Positions 1-13,899 of a DNA stretch of 64,000 nucleotides are shown piece after piece. The stretch's first letter is position 1, and each line of letters begins with the position of its first letter. The DNA is taken from the NCBI RefSeq assembly GCF_009914755.1, contig NC_060926.1. One strand, written 5' to 3'. Under the pieces are notes generated by a model. The model saw nothing but the letters and a program-made list of their open reading frames with translations. It ran no database searches and was not told the origin of the DNA. A program made the position numbers and the translations under genes. Source of the stretch: the human T2T-CHM13v2.0 reference genome, Homo sapiens.

Positions 1-416
1 TTGCATTAGGTTGAAGTATCAGTAATCTGTGAAGCCTTTTGTGAACCATGTATGTTTCTTCCCAAGAAAGTATAATCTCTGATGGAAGCGCTTGCCATTA
101 TTGGGAAGAGCCCCTGCCTTGTCAGGTATGTAGGATTTAGTGGTCGTAAAGTGAGAAAAAGGATGGACAGATCTTGAGCTCCAATGATAACATCAAAACA
201 CTTCAGTGCTTCTATTTCCTCATTGTCTCTCCTTAGATGAAATTAAATAAAAAATCAAAACAATGTCAAGATGAATTTAGTCCACTAAGTGACTGGCTGC
301 TGGATCTTTGAATGGGGTAATAATCTTGATATCGGTATTTTAAGATATTCTCAATTTTGTTTCACTAATAAAGCCAATACTGGATTATTCTTTACACAGT
401 ATTTGAGAAGACATTC

Positions 417-526
417 TCAAACCATTATGAAGTTCTCCAGTGTGGCCATGGGTACAGACATATCATCAAGCCTTTTCGTGATACTTCCCCCTTCCAAATA
501 GCATACGTTTGCAGATATCACGATAG
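417..526 (-). other. Candidate minus-strand exon (acceptor to first phase-1 stop; true 3' end unknown)
   Basis: Minus strand reads ggCTAAG (branch-like)...ctttattttattctacAG|CTATCG, AG at 528-527. Phase 1: xIVISANVCYLEGGSITKRLDDMSVPMATLENFIMV*; phase 2: xYRDICKRMLFGRGKYHEKA*. Several CpGs retained; no repeat recognised. Confidence 0.35.
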
Positions 527-2269
527 CTGTAGAATAAAATAAAGCTACCTTAGCCTCTTGTGAATCAGAGTCATCTCATTGAGATAATTAATTCTGTATC
601 TCCATCCACTGAGACAACAACTACTATGAAGTTGAAATAGTTGCCTTTAAATGTGTCCTTATGTGTAAAGAATGTCTTTTATTATTTTTCTCCCTGAATA
701 ATCAATGAGCAGAAATCAAATAGAACAAGAAAGAGGCATTGACTTGGTGGCCTATGTAACCTTCTTAATTTTTCACAGGTAATACTTTCCATTTGGATAG
801 TTAGCCTAGTGGTCTGGCATCATAACAAATACTTTAGGTTGCTGTATGAAAATCTCAGCGTCACACTGAATTAAGTTAAGCCTTTTCCAAAGTGTAATGA
901 GCTGATCAGATGTGTATTACTTGTTTTTGTTCATTTTTTTATATTTAAAAATTATTGTTGCTTTAAAGACCCTTGTTGGAATGTTAAATTACTTTTTCTT
1001 GTACAGTCACATTGTACAGTAATTCAGGAAACTATGGGCAATACATTGTGTTTCAGGTGCTGATTAAAAACACAATCTTTGTTTATTCTGCATCTGCCTG
1101 AATCCTTGTCTTTGGACCATTGCACTCTTTGATATTACCTCCACCAGGAACTGAACAGGAAAGGGGCATTCTATCAATTCTGCTAATTGTTGACATTTTT
1201 TATGTAAAAAGGTTTTCCTATAAAAGAGCTTTGGGATTATTTGTGGATTTCATTTACTTGTTATATCCCAGGATCATCATTTTCCAGGAGACCTGACTAT
1301 ATAATTACAATCTAACTCTAATGTTCCAAATTTCCATAGCACAAAGCCCAACATTTTTCAGACAAATAGACAGAACATCCTTGGATTGTAATTTTAGTCC
1401 TCTGCATGGCAAATGTAACCTTAGTAACTCGGTTATAGGTAAAACAAAATGAACCTTCGTATTTTAGAAAATCCTTAAAAGACGTGAAAACATATCAAGA
1501 GATTAATGTAATTATTTTCAGTGCTTCCATTGATATAAGCCATAAGCTACATACAGTAAACTGGGAATGGAAAGATCAGTTTGGAAGGAGCACTATTTTT
1601 TTAAATTCTATTTGTGAATCATGACTTGCAACCTAAAAACAAGAGTGAGGAAATGTTTTCAAGTGTGTTTGATGGACTGACTTCCTAATGATGCTATGTT
1701 AGTTTTCACAAGCCTCAAGAAGAGCCCTACCTTGAAATGCATCCCAAGAGAAAAGCTGACAGTGCTAACTTTTTTCTTTTCGTTTTCTCTTTCTTATTGA
1801 CTTCTAGTCCAGGACTAGCTGTCCGACATCCTTAGGAAAAAAATGTGTGTATATGGGCATAGAAATGCATTTACCAATGAATATTTTCTAAAGAATCAGC
1901 AAAACTCTGTTATCCCTGAAGTGGTAAGTAATAATTCCTACAGCCATCAAAAATAAATCTATGTTCATGTGTGTGATTGTGGCACAACAGAGGAGAATAT
2001 GGAATCTCTAAGGCAGAAATTCCTAATGATTATAACTTTTTTCATCTTCACAAAACAGTAATACCTCCACAAAAATGAAGTAATGCAGAAAAATATTTAT
2101 CAAGTGCCTTTTAGCTGCAGTGAATTTTGTAAAACACCATACCACTCATCCCATGACTCAAAACTGATAAAATGTGTGTTGCTGGTTATATTTATATACA
2201 TTTATTTTCCTCAATTGCATGGTTTTCTGGCATAAATGACACTAAAATTTTGGAACTACCATAACACAT

Positions 2270-2640
2270 GAAGTTCAGTATTCACCAATATTTATGTACT
2301 TATTCAAAAACCACAGACTTTTTACTATACTCCTGGCACTCTGTTAAGTTCTGGATAAATATGGTTAACAAACCAGATGGTGCTGCTGTCATTATGAAGC
2401 TTAAGTCTCACATTATTCGTTACACATTAAAACTTACTGTAGCATATACAGCATGCTAAGTTTCAAGAAGGCAAAGAGTAAGGATAGCATGAGAGGAACT
2501 GAATAATTTAAGCAAAGTCTCCTTGAGAAGCTGAAGATGAGAAGAAATCAATAATGAACTTTTAGCATTTTCCAGGCAGAGAAAACAGCATGTGCACATA
2601 GCCCAGGGAGGGATTGTACAAAGACAGATCCTTTTATGAA
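2270..2640 (-). mobile_element. LINE-2 3' fragment
   Basis: attcaccaatatttatg...ctggcactctgttaagttctggata...aacaaaccagatgg, then ttccaggcagagaaaacagcatgtgc; resembles antisense L2 3' end. Confidence 0.65.
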
Positions 2641-3342
2641 CAAATGCAGACACAGATATAAATATGTGGACTCTTTATAGCTATTAAGATGTGCAAATTA
2701 TATGTGAACATGTACAGGTATTCAAAATATTTGTATAAGATATAAAACTAGGTTATGGAATAGTGCGTAACAAAAGTAAAATATATTATTTGCACAAATA
2801 GAGCAATTGAAAAATAGATGGTGAAGCACATTTAAAAAATTTTCCAATCAGAGAACAGAAAATTGTTGAATATATGTAGAACCTAACAGTATGCAACCTG
2901 ACATTCATCTAATTGTTTATTCCTAAGTGTCATTCATCAATGTGCATTATGAAATGCAATATATAAAAGACTTCCTGAATCAACAGGGACTCACATCTTT
3001 TTCAAAAGTCACATACTTCTACAATGTCAAAAAAGATTCATCATTCTACGCTCATATTTCTAAACTAATGTAACATGTTTAGTTTCTTTGTGTGGTGGAA
3101 TGTCTTGTTAACTTATTTATCCAGAGAGCCCTTTTATCTCAAGATGTAGTAAAGAGTTATCCATAAAATTTCTGCCTTAAAATTTATGTCTGAAATCACT
3201 TGACCGGTTTTTCAAGTACCCTCCTTAAATTGGTAGAAGAATGCAAAGTTTTCACCCTTGACCCTTTCACCTTCCTGTTCACTCAGAAGAGCAGATGAAC
3301 AGGGTTTAATGCCTGTGTCCCAAAATGCAGTCTTCCAGGCAG

Positions 3343-3592
3343 TCAACCAATCACTTCAAATGAGACGAAGGATTCTTTATCCAATTCTACTTCCAGAAAA
3401 ATTTTAAATAAATGAAGTGAAATGAGCATTTGCCCTGAAATTTGGCCAGGAATTGTGAAGCCAAAAACACGCGAAGTGCTCAAATTCAAGTAACTCATGG
3501 ACGTTTTGAACTTGAGATAAAAGTTCACTTGTAACTTCTCCAGAGCAGTAACCACTGGAGGCTCTTTGAGGTCATCCCTTCCCATTGTTTGC
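3343..3592 (-). other. Candidate minus-strand exon
   Basis: Strong acceptor tattctcttgcttttccAG|GCAAAC (AG at 3594-3593). Phase 1: xKQWEGMTSKSLQWLLLWRSYK*; phase 2 runs into the 80-aa ORF 3343..3585. No strong donor seen; AATAAA on minus at 2921-2916. Confidence 0.4.
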
Positions 3593-3698
3593 CTGGAAAA
3601 GCAAGAGAATATTTTGAAGACAGTTGTGGACGTTTAGCTCAGTAAAGACAGCCGAAGGAATAAATACCTGGAGCAATGTCAACTTAGCAGCCATTGAC

Positions 3699-3724
3699 CA
3701 AACAAACAAACAAACAAACAAACA
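3699..3724. repeat. (CAAA)n microsatellite
   Basis: Directly visible, about 6 units. Confidence 0.95.
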
Positions 3725-4399
3725 CACTTTCTCTCTTACTGCTCCATCACACTAGCTTTTCATTTCCATAAATGTCTCATGTTCTGACCCATCTCAGGCC
3801 CATTGCTCTTCCTTCTGCCTGGTTAGCTGTTTCCTTGCCTTCCCCATCCCAAAATAATTGATACCCTATATTGTTTGGAGATAATTTTGAGAACTTAAGG
3901 ATAGATTTGGGCATTGAATCTGCTGAATAAGGGATAGTGTTTGTGAAATATCATTTCGTAAAGCAAAAACTCATTAGTGGTCATCTACTGGAGTACAAAA
4001 GACATCTACTTAAAAGTCTGGGCTGACAATAGTTGAAAAGCAAGAGACATACTGGGAGGCCATTTCTCTTCTGATTAGCAGAATTATTTGGTGGACTCTG
4101 ACTATTTCTGATAAATCTTTAAGTACTAAATATCATAGCAAGAAATATACTGTTGTGATCTTGCATTCCATTTATACACTTCCCCTGCCAAACATGTCCA
4201 CTGTTTTAAAATAAACATGAACAAAACCTAATAGAGAAGGTAAAAATGCACTGAGAGATTAATCAGAAACATCATTCTAAGGCCAAGTGGAAACCATATG
4301 TAACTTATTCAGTGTTTGGTAATACCAGTGTCAGAGCTCTGAAATGAGTGTGGATATTCCAGAAGGGCAGGATTTGGCAGCAGATGCGTGATGATGATA

Positions 4400-4940
4400 A
4401 TGATGATGATAGCCATCCTTCTTGCCATGTGTCAGACACTCCTTCTAAGCACTTTACAGGCAATAATACGTATGAATACATATGATTATTTTCATTTAAA
4501 TGATGAGGAAGCTGAGCCTCAAAAGCTTGTCCTAAATCACATGGCTAATAAGTATCAGAGCTGTGATTTTTCAAGCAGTCCAATTCCAGATTTTGTGTGC
4601 TAAACTATACCATTGCTCCTCTGAGGAAGTCCAACATGCTTACAAGAGGTTGCAGCTTGTTTAGCTGTGGTATTAATAAGGCTCTTTGAAAAAGAGAGAC
4701 ACTAACATCCTCATTATTGTATATATCAAGTAAAACATCAAGTACTTTTCAGACCTCCACTCCTTTAATTCTCACAATAACTCATTTTGCCAGCCTACCA
4801 ATCTCCATGTTGAGGATGTTTAAAACTCAAAGCAAGGAGGTACTTTTCTGAAGTCACGCAGCTAAAACATCAATCTAGTTACATTCAATCCAGGTCTATC
4901 TGGTTCCAAACTAAGAGCTTTCAACCACATCATGCTACTC
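4400..4940 (-). mobile_element. Two adjacent MIR SINE fragments
   Basis: atgaggaagctgagcctc...cttgtcctaaatcacatggcta core; second copy ttctcacaataactc...aagtcacgcagcta...caatccaggtctatctggttccaaa. Confidence 0.7.
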
Positions 4941-7353
4941 CTTCTGCAGAGTCTTCATGATCCCCTAGAAGTAGTAGGGGCCAGATGAGAGTATCCTAGA
5001 GCTCTAGACGCTTACCATTTTAGGAGGTTTGTATACTGATAAGTTTTCCAAGATGGGGGTGGACAGACGCAGCAATTCCTCTTTCATGAGCATTAAATCA
5101 GTCCAGTTGTTTAGAACTGCTAGTAAGTGAAATATTAATCTCCATTAGGGCCAGAGCAGACTTTGTCATACTTCAAGAGCCAGAAATGGAAGTACTATCT
5201 TTTAGGTTTAATTGAGATTCTGGAGTGTCAGCCTATTTTCAGAGTCTGTAAGAGAGGAACACTCAGAGAAATAGCCAGTGTCTTTCCTCTACCCAATCCC
5301 TTCCCACCTAGTTTACATCCAGTTTTTCTCTAGTATGTTTTTTGTTTATAGCCAACAGATTTATTTAAATCATATTTAGCATTGCTTGCTATTTTGAAAG
5401 ATGTGCCTCAAGCTTCCAATCAAATCCAAAAGAATACATAATCATCAAAACAAGGTTAGTCATGGAGTTTTCTACTAAATAACATTTGTGACTGAAATAG
5501 GCAAGGAAATGAGAGATTTAGTTGTAGTTTCCCAAAGGTAATAAACCTAATATTTAAAAAGAAATAGTAATAACTTACCAGCAGCTCAGGTGTTCCATGT
5601 GTCATGATCAATAACCAAGTAAATATAGATCTGAATTTTGTAGCCACTTTGGTTGTATCAAAAAAGCCACTGCATGGTACTATTACATACATAGTTTATA
5701 TGGTTTAGAAGAACCATATAAACCACCATTAACTATTCCTTTTATCATAATAATAAAAATAATAGGTGGAGTTGCTGATATATAAAATATGAATTGATCC
5801 ATTAGAAGTAATTTTCTATTATAATTTTTCAACTTTCTTAGTCAATTTCAGATTATGATTAGAAATGTTAATGTTAATCTTGTTTCTCTACCATTTAACC
5901 CCTCTCTTAAAAATATAATGACCACTTCTTAGACCCTTTTCTACTCTCCTTCCATGTATATTTCAAGTTTTCTACTTATAATTTGTAATTATTTAAATTG
6001 TTTTATTTTTATCTTAGTTGTTTGAAATCAACCTCTACATTATTACCATCTTTTCTTTCTCCCCAAGCTTATAAGCATTGGTCTAGAATTTAATGATAAC
6101 TTTTAATTTGGGATGATTATATCCAAGATGCTGCCCCAGAATGAGAGTTTTATGAATGCTTAATGCAAGGAATCATAAAGCTTATACCAGTGCTGCCCTG
6201 AAAAATTAACCAAAGAAAACCCCAAAACTCTTTCTCCTTAATCAAAGAATATGCTTTGATGTGAACAAAAGAGAGAAGAATATTTAATATCAGCTTTGGT
6301 TGCACTGCAATTAGCAATTAACAAGTAATAACCTATGATTAGTTCACAAACTCCAACAAATACACTTAATGACAGGTGACTAAGAGATGTGGGAAACATT
6401 TAAGTTAGGGCCAAGATGAACAAATGTGAACCTAGCACAATTTGGTTTGGTAACATTAAGCTTTTGATAAGCTTTCCTAGTCAAAATTAAATTATTCCAT
6501 ATTACTTTGAAGTAATTATAATACAATTTTCTACTTTAATCAGCTGTCTCAAACTTTGTGATCACAAGTTATTTTATGCAAAAAAAACCCTAAAAGAAAT
6601 TATGAAAGATTTTTCAAGAAAGATTTATAAACTTAATCTTTCAAAGTATCTCATAAATGTAAATGCATGCTTAGCATTTTTAATGGATTATTTACTCATC
6701 ATTTAGCTTAAACATCATAATGTTTCCAATCTATGTTACAAGAGCTAAGCCATTTCAATGCTTTTTGAACAAGTTACTCTGTTGACATTGGCACAGACCA
6801 CCAAAATGCACTGATTATGGAAGATATACGGTTAATGCATACAGTATCTGAGCATTGATAGAGCATCAAGGCAAAAGCAGGCAATACTTAAGTTCTCCAA
6901 ATAAATACACAAAAAAGAGAGCTTGATGACCACCTAAAATAACTTTTCAACATGGAAAGGTGAGCCTTGCGGCATTCCACATACAGATTAGCTGAGCCTT
7001 TCAAAGGTATTGTTGAATTTATCTATTTCTGAGCATATCTTACTTTTAACCCAACTTAATTCTTTGGAAGGACATGCATTACTTCTGATACATTAAAAAA
7101 AAAAAAAGACCCTTTTCATGCTCTTGCTTGCTAAAACTCTACTAGAACTTTCAATGACACCATATTGCCTCTCAGACTATTCAACTGGAAATTGTATCAG
7201 GTAAACTCTCATTCATTATTGCACTACCCATCTTTTAAATTTTTAAAGAGATTATTAGGGGCTGTTTAAAATTATTACTATTCTTCCACTTCTTACTTTT
7301 TTTAGGTTTACTCTCCCATCACAATTATTGTCACATGCTACATTCCAGACTAC

Positions 7354-7354
7354 A

Positions 7355-7385
<31 letters not shown>

Positions 7386-7386
7386 T
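7354..7386. repeat. (AT)n followed by a T-run
   Basis: Directly visible. Confidence 0.95.
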
Positions 7387-7599
7387 ACCCAAGTACTACA
7401 ATAGAAATGTGATACATCAATGGATTGTAAGAAAAAAAAACTACCCAGCTATGTACCTGGTTATATTCACACATTGTTACAGAGCTGAAACGGATTAATT
7501 AGGCAGTTAATAAAACTATTACAACAATAATTGCAGAAATTACTAACGTAAAAGTATCTTGGCCTAGATAGTTTATGTCTCAGTTAATAATAATGTTGA

Positions 7600-7910
7600 T
7601 AGTAATACTAATAAGTTCTAATTATCAATGACCATTTGCTATGTTCCCAATTTAGTCTTTTAAATATACCTCTGAACAGTATTTGGCTCATAATGGTCAC
7701 AAAACAAGTGTTTGCTAAATATTGACTAAATTCTTATATTAACTCTGTGTGAGACAGATGCCATTATTACCTTCACTTAATAGGTAAGGAAACTGAGTCA
7801 TAAAAATGTCACTTGCTCACAGTCACTCCACTAACATTTGAAGGATCAGGATTTGAATCCAGATCTGTCTATCTCCAAAGTAGGTGTTCTTAACCACTAC
7901 TGTTTTATGT
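7600..7910 (-). mobile_element. MIR SINE
   Basis: ggtaaggaaactgagtca...acttgctcacagtcac...caggatttgaatccagatctgtct...cttaaccactac. Confidence 0.8.
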
Positions 7911-8369
7911 TGCCTTTGGAAAAATATCCAAGAACTAGATAATTACCAGTGATGAAATCTGTTTCAGAATATAGAAAAGTATAACTCCCCTCTAACTCCA
8001 TAAAATTAAAACAAAATTACAATCCCTCCTAAATGTATAAAATTAGAACTTCCTTATACAAAAGCCAATTAAATGTAGCACACACACACAAATCCATTGA
8101 CCAATGTATATTTTAATCATAACTCACTATAATAAAGATGGCTGCTGCATATATTGCCATTTACCATGAGTCAGTCCTTTTGTGGTGCTTATATAATAAC
8201 CGATTTTAGCTTTACAACTCTGAGGTAACCATTATTAAGATCATTTTACAGAGAAAAAGAAGTGGCACAAATTTGCACAGTCACTGTGTTAACCTAAGGA
8301 CTCAAACTTGGTCCTTTTTTACTTCAAATGCTACATAAAGCCAGATAAAGTGTATGTCAAAAACTCTGA

Positions 8370-8735
8370 GATATTTCAAAATTGAGAAATCTATTAACAT
8401 GCATCATTAGGACAAATGAGAAAAAAGCAAAATACTAAGATAAATTCTATAAAGGTATTTGTTAAGTTCACTATGCATTTTTGAGATATTTTTAAAAATC
8501 ACTTGGTAAACTAGAACAATCCGTTGCATGATAAAACTATTTCTACCTCAAACCAACTGCCAACATCATGCTTAACACTAAAAGCGTTCCCAATGAACTA
8601 AAACAGTTTTACATTGTCACCAATAGGTCTTAGCGTTGGTTTAAACATGTCAATCAATGCAATATGACAGGAAATAAAAATAACAGTTTAAATTATTGAT
8701 AGAGAAGAAAACAAAAACACACTACTTGCTGTAAA
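8370..8735 (+). mobile_element. Highly decayed L1 ORF2 (RT-region) fragment, L1M/L1ME age
   Basis: aaaccaactgccaacatcatgcttaa...aagcgttccc...caatgcaatatgacaggaaataaaaataacag resembles L1 ORF2. Confidence 0.65.
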
Positions 8736-9629
8736 CCGAAACCACACTGTTGGATGCAAATATAGCCATTTAAAATAAAATGAGAGAGCTAGCCTTCAGA
8801 AAACCATTCTAAAAATAAGATAAACATAAATGCATACATTCTCATAAGGAGTGGCAAAGATATTGAGCAAAATGTTTTGGAATAAAGAATTAAAATGTGA
8901 GTTTAATGAAACTATATAATTTTTTGGCAAGTGTTTCTAAATATAGACTCTGTGTGATGGATACATTAAAAATTATTATGTTATTTTCTTTGTGTTAGAA
9001 AATGTCCATAATGGAAAGAATGAACAATGGCAGTCTGCGAAACAAGAGTACTGCAATTTTTGTCTCTAACTATATTTGTAATCTTGAACAAATTACATAA
9101 CTCCTCTCTCTTGCTTTAGTTTCCTCATTTAGTTCATCTTTTTCTAGATCATCCTTTCTGGTTCTGTAATTCTATTTTATTTTCAGTTGCCTTCTCAATT
9201 TTCTATATTGCAATATATTTTAATTCATAATGGTTCAATTTGTGATAATCACTGCTCAGCCACAAATTGAAAATTTAGCCAAAAAAACCCCACAGAAATG
9301 GCATTGCTTTGACTTTAAAATAGCATACTCTTCCTGTCTTTTTTGAGATCTAAAATTGTTTATCAGTTTGCGGGGTTCTCTTGGGTTTATTGTACTATTA
9401 GACACTGACACGTTTTAAAGGATCCTTAAAAAAAAAAAGAAACAAATGAAAAGAAAAAGAAAACAACCAAATCTGGCTTGTTCTGGGATGCTGAGATGTC
9501 TTGACAGCAATTACTGCAGTAGAGACTGGTGAATACCCTATTTTCACAGCTGATGTTTTCCTTCAAAATTGCAGCTACCTTCACTTTGGTTGAGGCCAGG
9601 GTACTATATTTAGATAGTATAAATGTATC

Positions 9630-9747
9630 CAGAGAGCAATCTTTCACGTTTATTTGTAGAGTGGGTTTATTTTTATTTATTGATGTCACACAAAATGATG
9701 TTTCCTCGGTTTCTGCTGTATATAACATACCAAAAAATAAAGACGGT
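9630..9747 (-). other. Candidate short terminal exon with clustered poly(A) signals
   Basis: Acceptor tattcttactttgtgttctAG|ACCGTC (AG at 9749-9748). Phase 1 xRLYFLVCYIQQKPRKHHFV*; phase 0 TVFIFWYVIYSRNRGNIILCDINK*. Four AATAAA on minus (9681-76, 9677-72, 9671-66, 9654-49). Possible internal donor TTG|GTATGT after 9731. Confidence 0.35.
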
Positions 9748-10043
9748 CTAGAACACAAAGTAAGAATATATTCTGTGTGATTATATTGACAATGGTTTCG
9801 ATTTTTATGCAATTATACTCCCATAATGTTGAAATTGTTAACACAAGTCTATGTTTACTATGTAAGAGGAAACTTTATTATGCATAATGAAGATGGCATG
9901 GGAATAAGGGAGTCTCTTATCCTTCCTGTCAACCTAAGGCCAATGTGTAATGCAAGAAACAAGTAGGACACAGGGAAAAGCAATAGCCATAACCAAGAGA
10001 ACATCAGCTATCCCTCCCTCCTCACTTAGAAATAAAGAATGTT

Positions 10044-10391
<348 letters not shown>

Positions 10392-10799
10392 TCAAAATAA
10401 AAAATAATTTCAAGTCAAATTCTTTTTCCAACTTTATATGTGGGGTGTGTGTGCGTATGTGCGTGCAAATTAATAAGTCCTAGACAATAAAAAATTGATA
10501 GCACATAAATGGAGGGGCCAATTCTAGCACTTCTTTTTGTCTTTTTTCTCCATTATTGGATAATAGTGGTTACCAAATAGAATTCAACAACAGAACTGAT
10601 TAAATATTTTCCCCCTAGGTTTTAATTTAGACTACACAACATGTATTTCAGTACTTCACATTATTAGTTATAAAATTTTTCTATTGTTCCCCTATTGAAA
10701 GTTTAAGAGAATGCCCATAAACTGAGTTTCCTTTTAGAAAAAAATCAAATAATGTCAACATCCTTTGCATCTCATTTCTTCTCTTTCAGACTTATGACT

Positions 10800-10957
10800 T
10801 AATCCTCATTAGTTATAATACTTTATTTTCATCTTTTTTATTTGATTATTTAAAACTTTAAGGTGCAAATGGGTTCATTTTGGAGACGATAAACAGGAAA
10901 TTTTAAGATTTCTCTTGGCCCGTTATTTTAGATTGTCCCGTGATACACTGGGGGCAA
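10800..10957 (-). other. Candidate short terminal exon
   Basis: Acceptor ttatcatttctttcgctAG|TTGCCC (AG at 10959-58). Early stops in all frames (LPPVYHGTI*, xAPSVSRDNLK*, xCPQCITGQSKITGQEKS*). AATAAA on minus at 10842-37 and 10827-22; local CpGs. Confidence 0.4.
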
Positions 10958-11147
10958 CTAGCGAAAGAAATGATAATTTGCCAATGACTCTTAAAATACT
11001 GAATAGTAAAATAACAAAATTCTTAGAATTGGGAAGTGATCTTAGGCCCAAACTCTCATGTGATAACAGAAGCCCTTCTAAAAATATCTCTGACAAAGGG
11101 TCACTTAAGTTCAACTTGAAACATGCCAGTGATGTTATTAGTTCTCA

Positions 11148-11492
<345 letters not shown>

Positions 11493-11509
11493 TTACTCTC
11501 ATGGGTCTG

Positions 11510-12000
11510 CACTATGGATCATTTTAGTGTAATCTGCACCCTCTTGCCAAATCACAGCCCTTTGAATATTTAAAAACAGTTATTAGGCCACATTTTCCCC
11601 ACAGTCAGCCCAGGTTTTCTGCTGGAAAAATCACCTTCCATTCTTTAACTATCAATCCTTAAAGTTTTTATAACCATTCACCTTTCAGCTATCTAGTTTG
11701 TTAATAAGCTTAGATGCTAATGGACCTTAGCACAATACACTAACTTCAATGCAACGTGTAAGATGGGTACCAAACCGTAAGATATAAAATGGGTACTCAA
11801 CAGTGTAATATGTTTCTTAATTAGGGCACCACTTTTCCATCAAAATTGTCTGAGTTTTTTTTTTTCCTTTAATAGCTGCACTCACTAGTTGATGATCTCA
11901 GCTTTTAGCAAACTAAAATTCTCAGACCTTTGCACATTATGTATTAGCTAGATATCTCCCTGTACTTATTCTTGTGGATTTGAAAATGCAATTATAGGAC
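11510..12000 (-). mobile_element. Probable L3/CR1 LINE fragment
   Basis: Degenerate resemblance (tctagtttgttaat...cttag...agcacaatacac...agctgcactcactagttga...cagctt...aactaaaattctcagacc) to antisense L3. Confidence 0.45.
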
Positions 12001-12229
12001 TTTAACCACCCCCTCCAGATCTCCCATCTGTGTTGCCTTTGCTTAAACCTTTTTCTTCATCCAAAATACTCCTACCTCTGCTGTGCAAAACACTTTATCT
12101 TGGGCTTAAACTCCCTTGGGTCCTTATTACCCCTGCTACTGTATCACTATGCTTAATGGAGAAGATGAAATTTACATAGGAGGCAAACAATCCAGGTTTC
12201 TCTCTTCATCTGTCATTACACCATCTTAC

Positions 12230-12391
12230 TGAAGCTGGTCCCTTCGTTGTTCAGCCTTCTCCGGTAGACAGAGACAAATCCGTGTTACACAAGTCTGCTT
12301 ATTCCGACTTTAGTCTTGATGAGTCCACATTTACTGGCTCAGTGCATTCTCGCTCTCTCTCACTCAAATTATTTTTGGTTTTGCAGGCATC
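12230..12391 (-). other. Candidate internal exon (162 nt), stops in all three frames
   Basis: Acceptor gtgtatttcaaAG|GATGCC (modest); donor TCA|GTAAGA (good); 5 CpGs in 162 nt. Frames DACKTKNNLSERERECTEPVNVDSSRLKSE*, xCLQNQK*, xMPAKPKII*. Confidence 0.4.
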
Positions 12392-12469
12392 CTTTGAAAT
12401 ACACTTTTAAAATATTTTGAGTTGTGAACTTTTAGATGGAGATAGGATTCCATGAGGGTGCAAGGGCTG

Positions 12470-13270
12470 TTTCATGGCTTTGGTATGCAGTGTAAGACTC
12501 AGAGTCAAATGTGTCTGGGGGTGTGTCCCAGGCCCATGTGGGGCAAGCCACTGTTTCCTTTACTAAAATGCAGCATAAAATTCATACCTGCCTCAGAGGT
12601 CAAGGAAGAATTACATAAGATTAAAAAAATAAAATGTTTAAAATAATATCTTTATCAAATTAAGTACTCAATAAATATAATCTATTAATATATTAATTAT
12701 ACTATTCTAGATATAAAATGATCATCAAAAGAAATTAGAAAATGACAAACTCTTTGCTTTTTGGAACACAAGACATCTGGTGCCTATGCCATTTCTGTTG
12801 CCAACATTTGGAATGTGCCTCCCCTCTCATTGCTCATTATCTCCAAATATCCAAACCCTACCTTCCCTTTGATGCCAAGTCAAAATGTGACCTCTTCTTC
12901 TGAAGCCCTCATTACCCCTAGATTTGATTCCTGCTCAGTGACGATCTTGAAGGTATGGCATTTTTGCAACACATCCTTCAATCCCTATCATCTGGCATAA
13001 ACCTGGATCACAGTAGGTACTTAATAAATGTCTGTTATATGAATCAATGACTACCTTTCCCGCAGCCATCATTAATTTCTTCCTCTCCTGATTTTGTATA
13101 TCCTTATTGCACATAAATATTTACCATGCATCATAATTATTTGTGCATGTGTCTCTTCTGCCTTGCAGGACTATAAAGCTTTTTGAGCACTCCATGTCAA
13201 ATTGACCTCTGGCTACCTTGCAATTCCTTAATACATACTAGACACTGAAAAATACTTTTGAATGAATTAA
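12470..13270 (+). mobile_element. MIR followed by two L2 3' fragments
   Basis: ctgtttcctttactaaaatg...tacctgcctcagagg...tactcaataaat (MIR); cagtaggtacttaataaatgtctgttatatgaatcaatga and aaatacttttgaatgaatt (L2 tails). Confidence 0.7.
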
Positions 13271-13899
13271 TATCTGCTTTTCTCTATTGCTACAGTATTT
13301 TTTGTCCATGGAAGTTCTGTAATCTGTACCAGGAAAATAATTAACCATAACTCACCTTTGTAGGAAAAGGATTAACCATAAACTGCCTTTTTCTGAGACA
13401 TCTGTTCCATAATCTAATGACCAACGCTATTTATACAGTTGATCTATCTACAACCCCTTCAACTGTAAAAAGCATATTGAAAATGTATGTTCAATTCTAG
13501 AGGAGGAATATTTTGGCTATCCTTTTGTGACTCCCTTTATCTTTGATGCTCACGTATAATCCACCTTAAAAGGCTGTGAGTGAGGCAGAAGGAGGATCAC
13601 ATCACTTAGATGAGATCTTGCCTGACACCACTAGATTTGGGCCTTCCTATGAAACTCCCAAGTTTCAGTTATTATTATATCGAAATGACTTCTATTGAAC
13701 ACTAATCATTCAATGGTCAGTTAATTTTTATTGAGTATCTCTATGTACACAGGAGACTATGTGGGATGCTATAGAAGATACAAAACAAACTAAGGGTCTG
13801 TTCCCTGTTTGGAAGGTAAGATCTATATATACAAGTATATACACACCAGTGAAAAGTAATATACAAACTGAACCCTAAAATTACAGATGTAAAAAAATA

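Noticed and set aside
9426-9812. 128-aa minus ORF and overlapping 83-aa plus ORF as genes
   Set aside because: Non-ATG starts, no recognisable domain, and the minus ORF ends in a T-run-derived poly-Phe; at most part of it is an exon.
12180-12410. Plus-strand stop-free frame (…TEAGPFVVQPSPVDRDKSVLHKSAYSDF…)
   Set aside because: No start codon or convincing flanking splice sites on +; length expected by chance.
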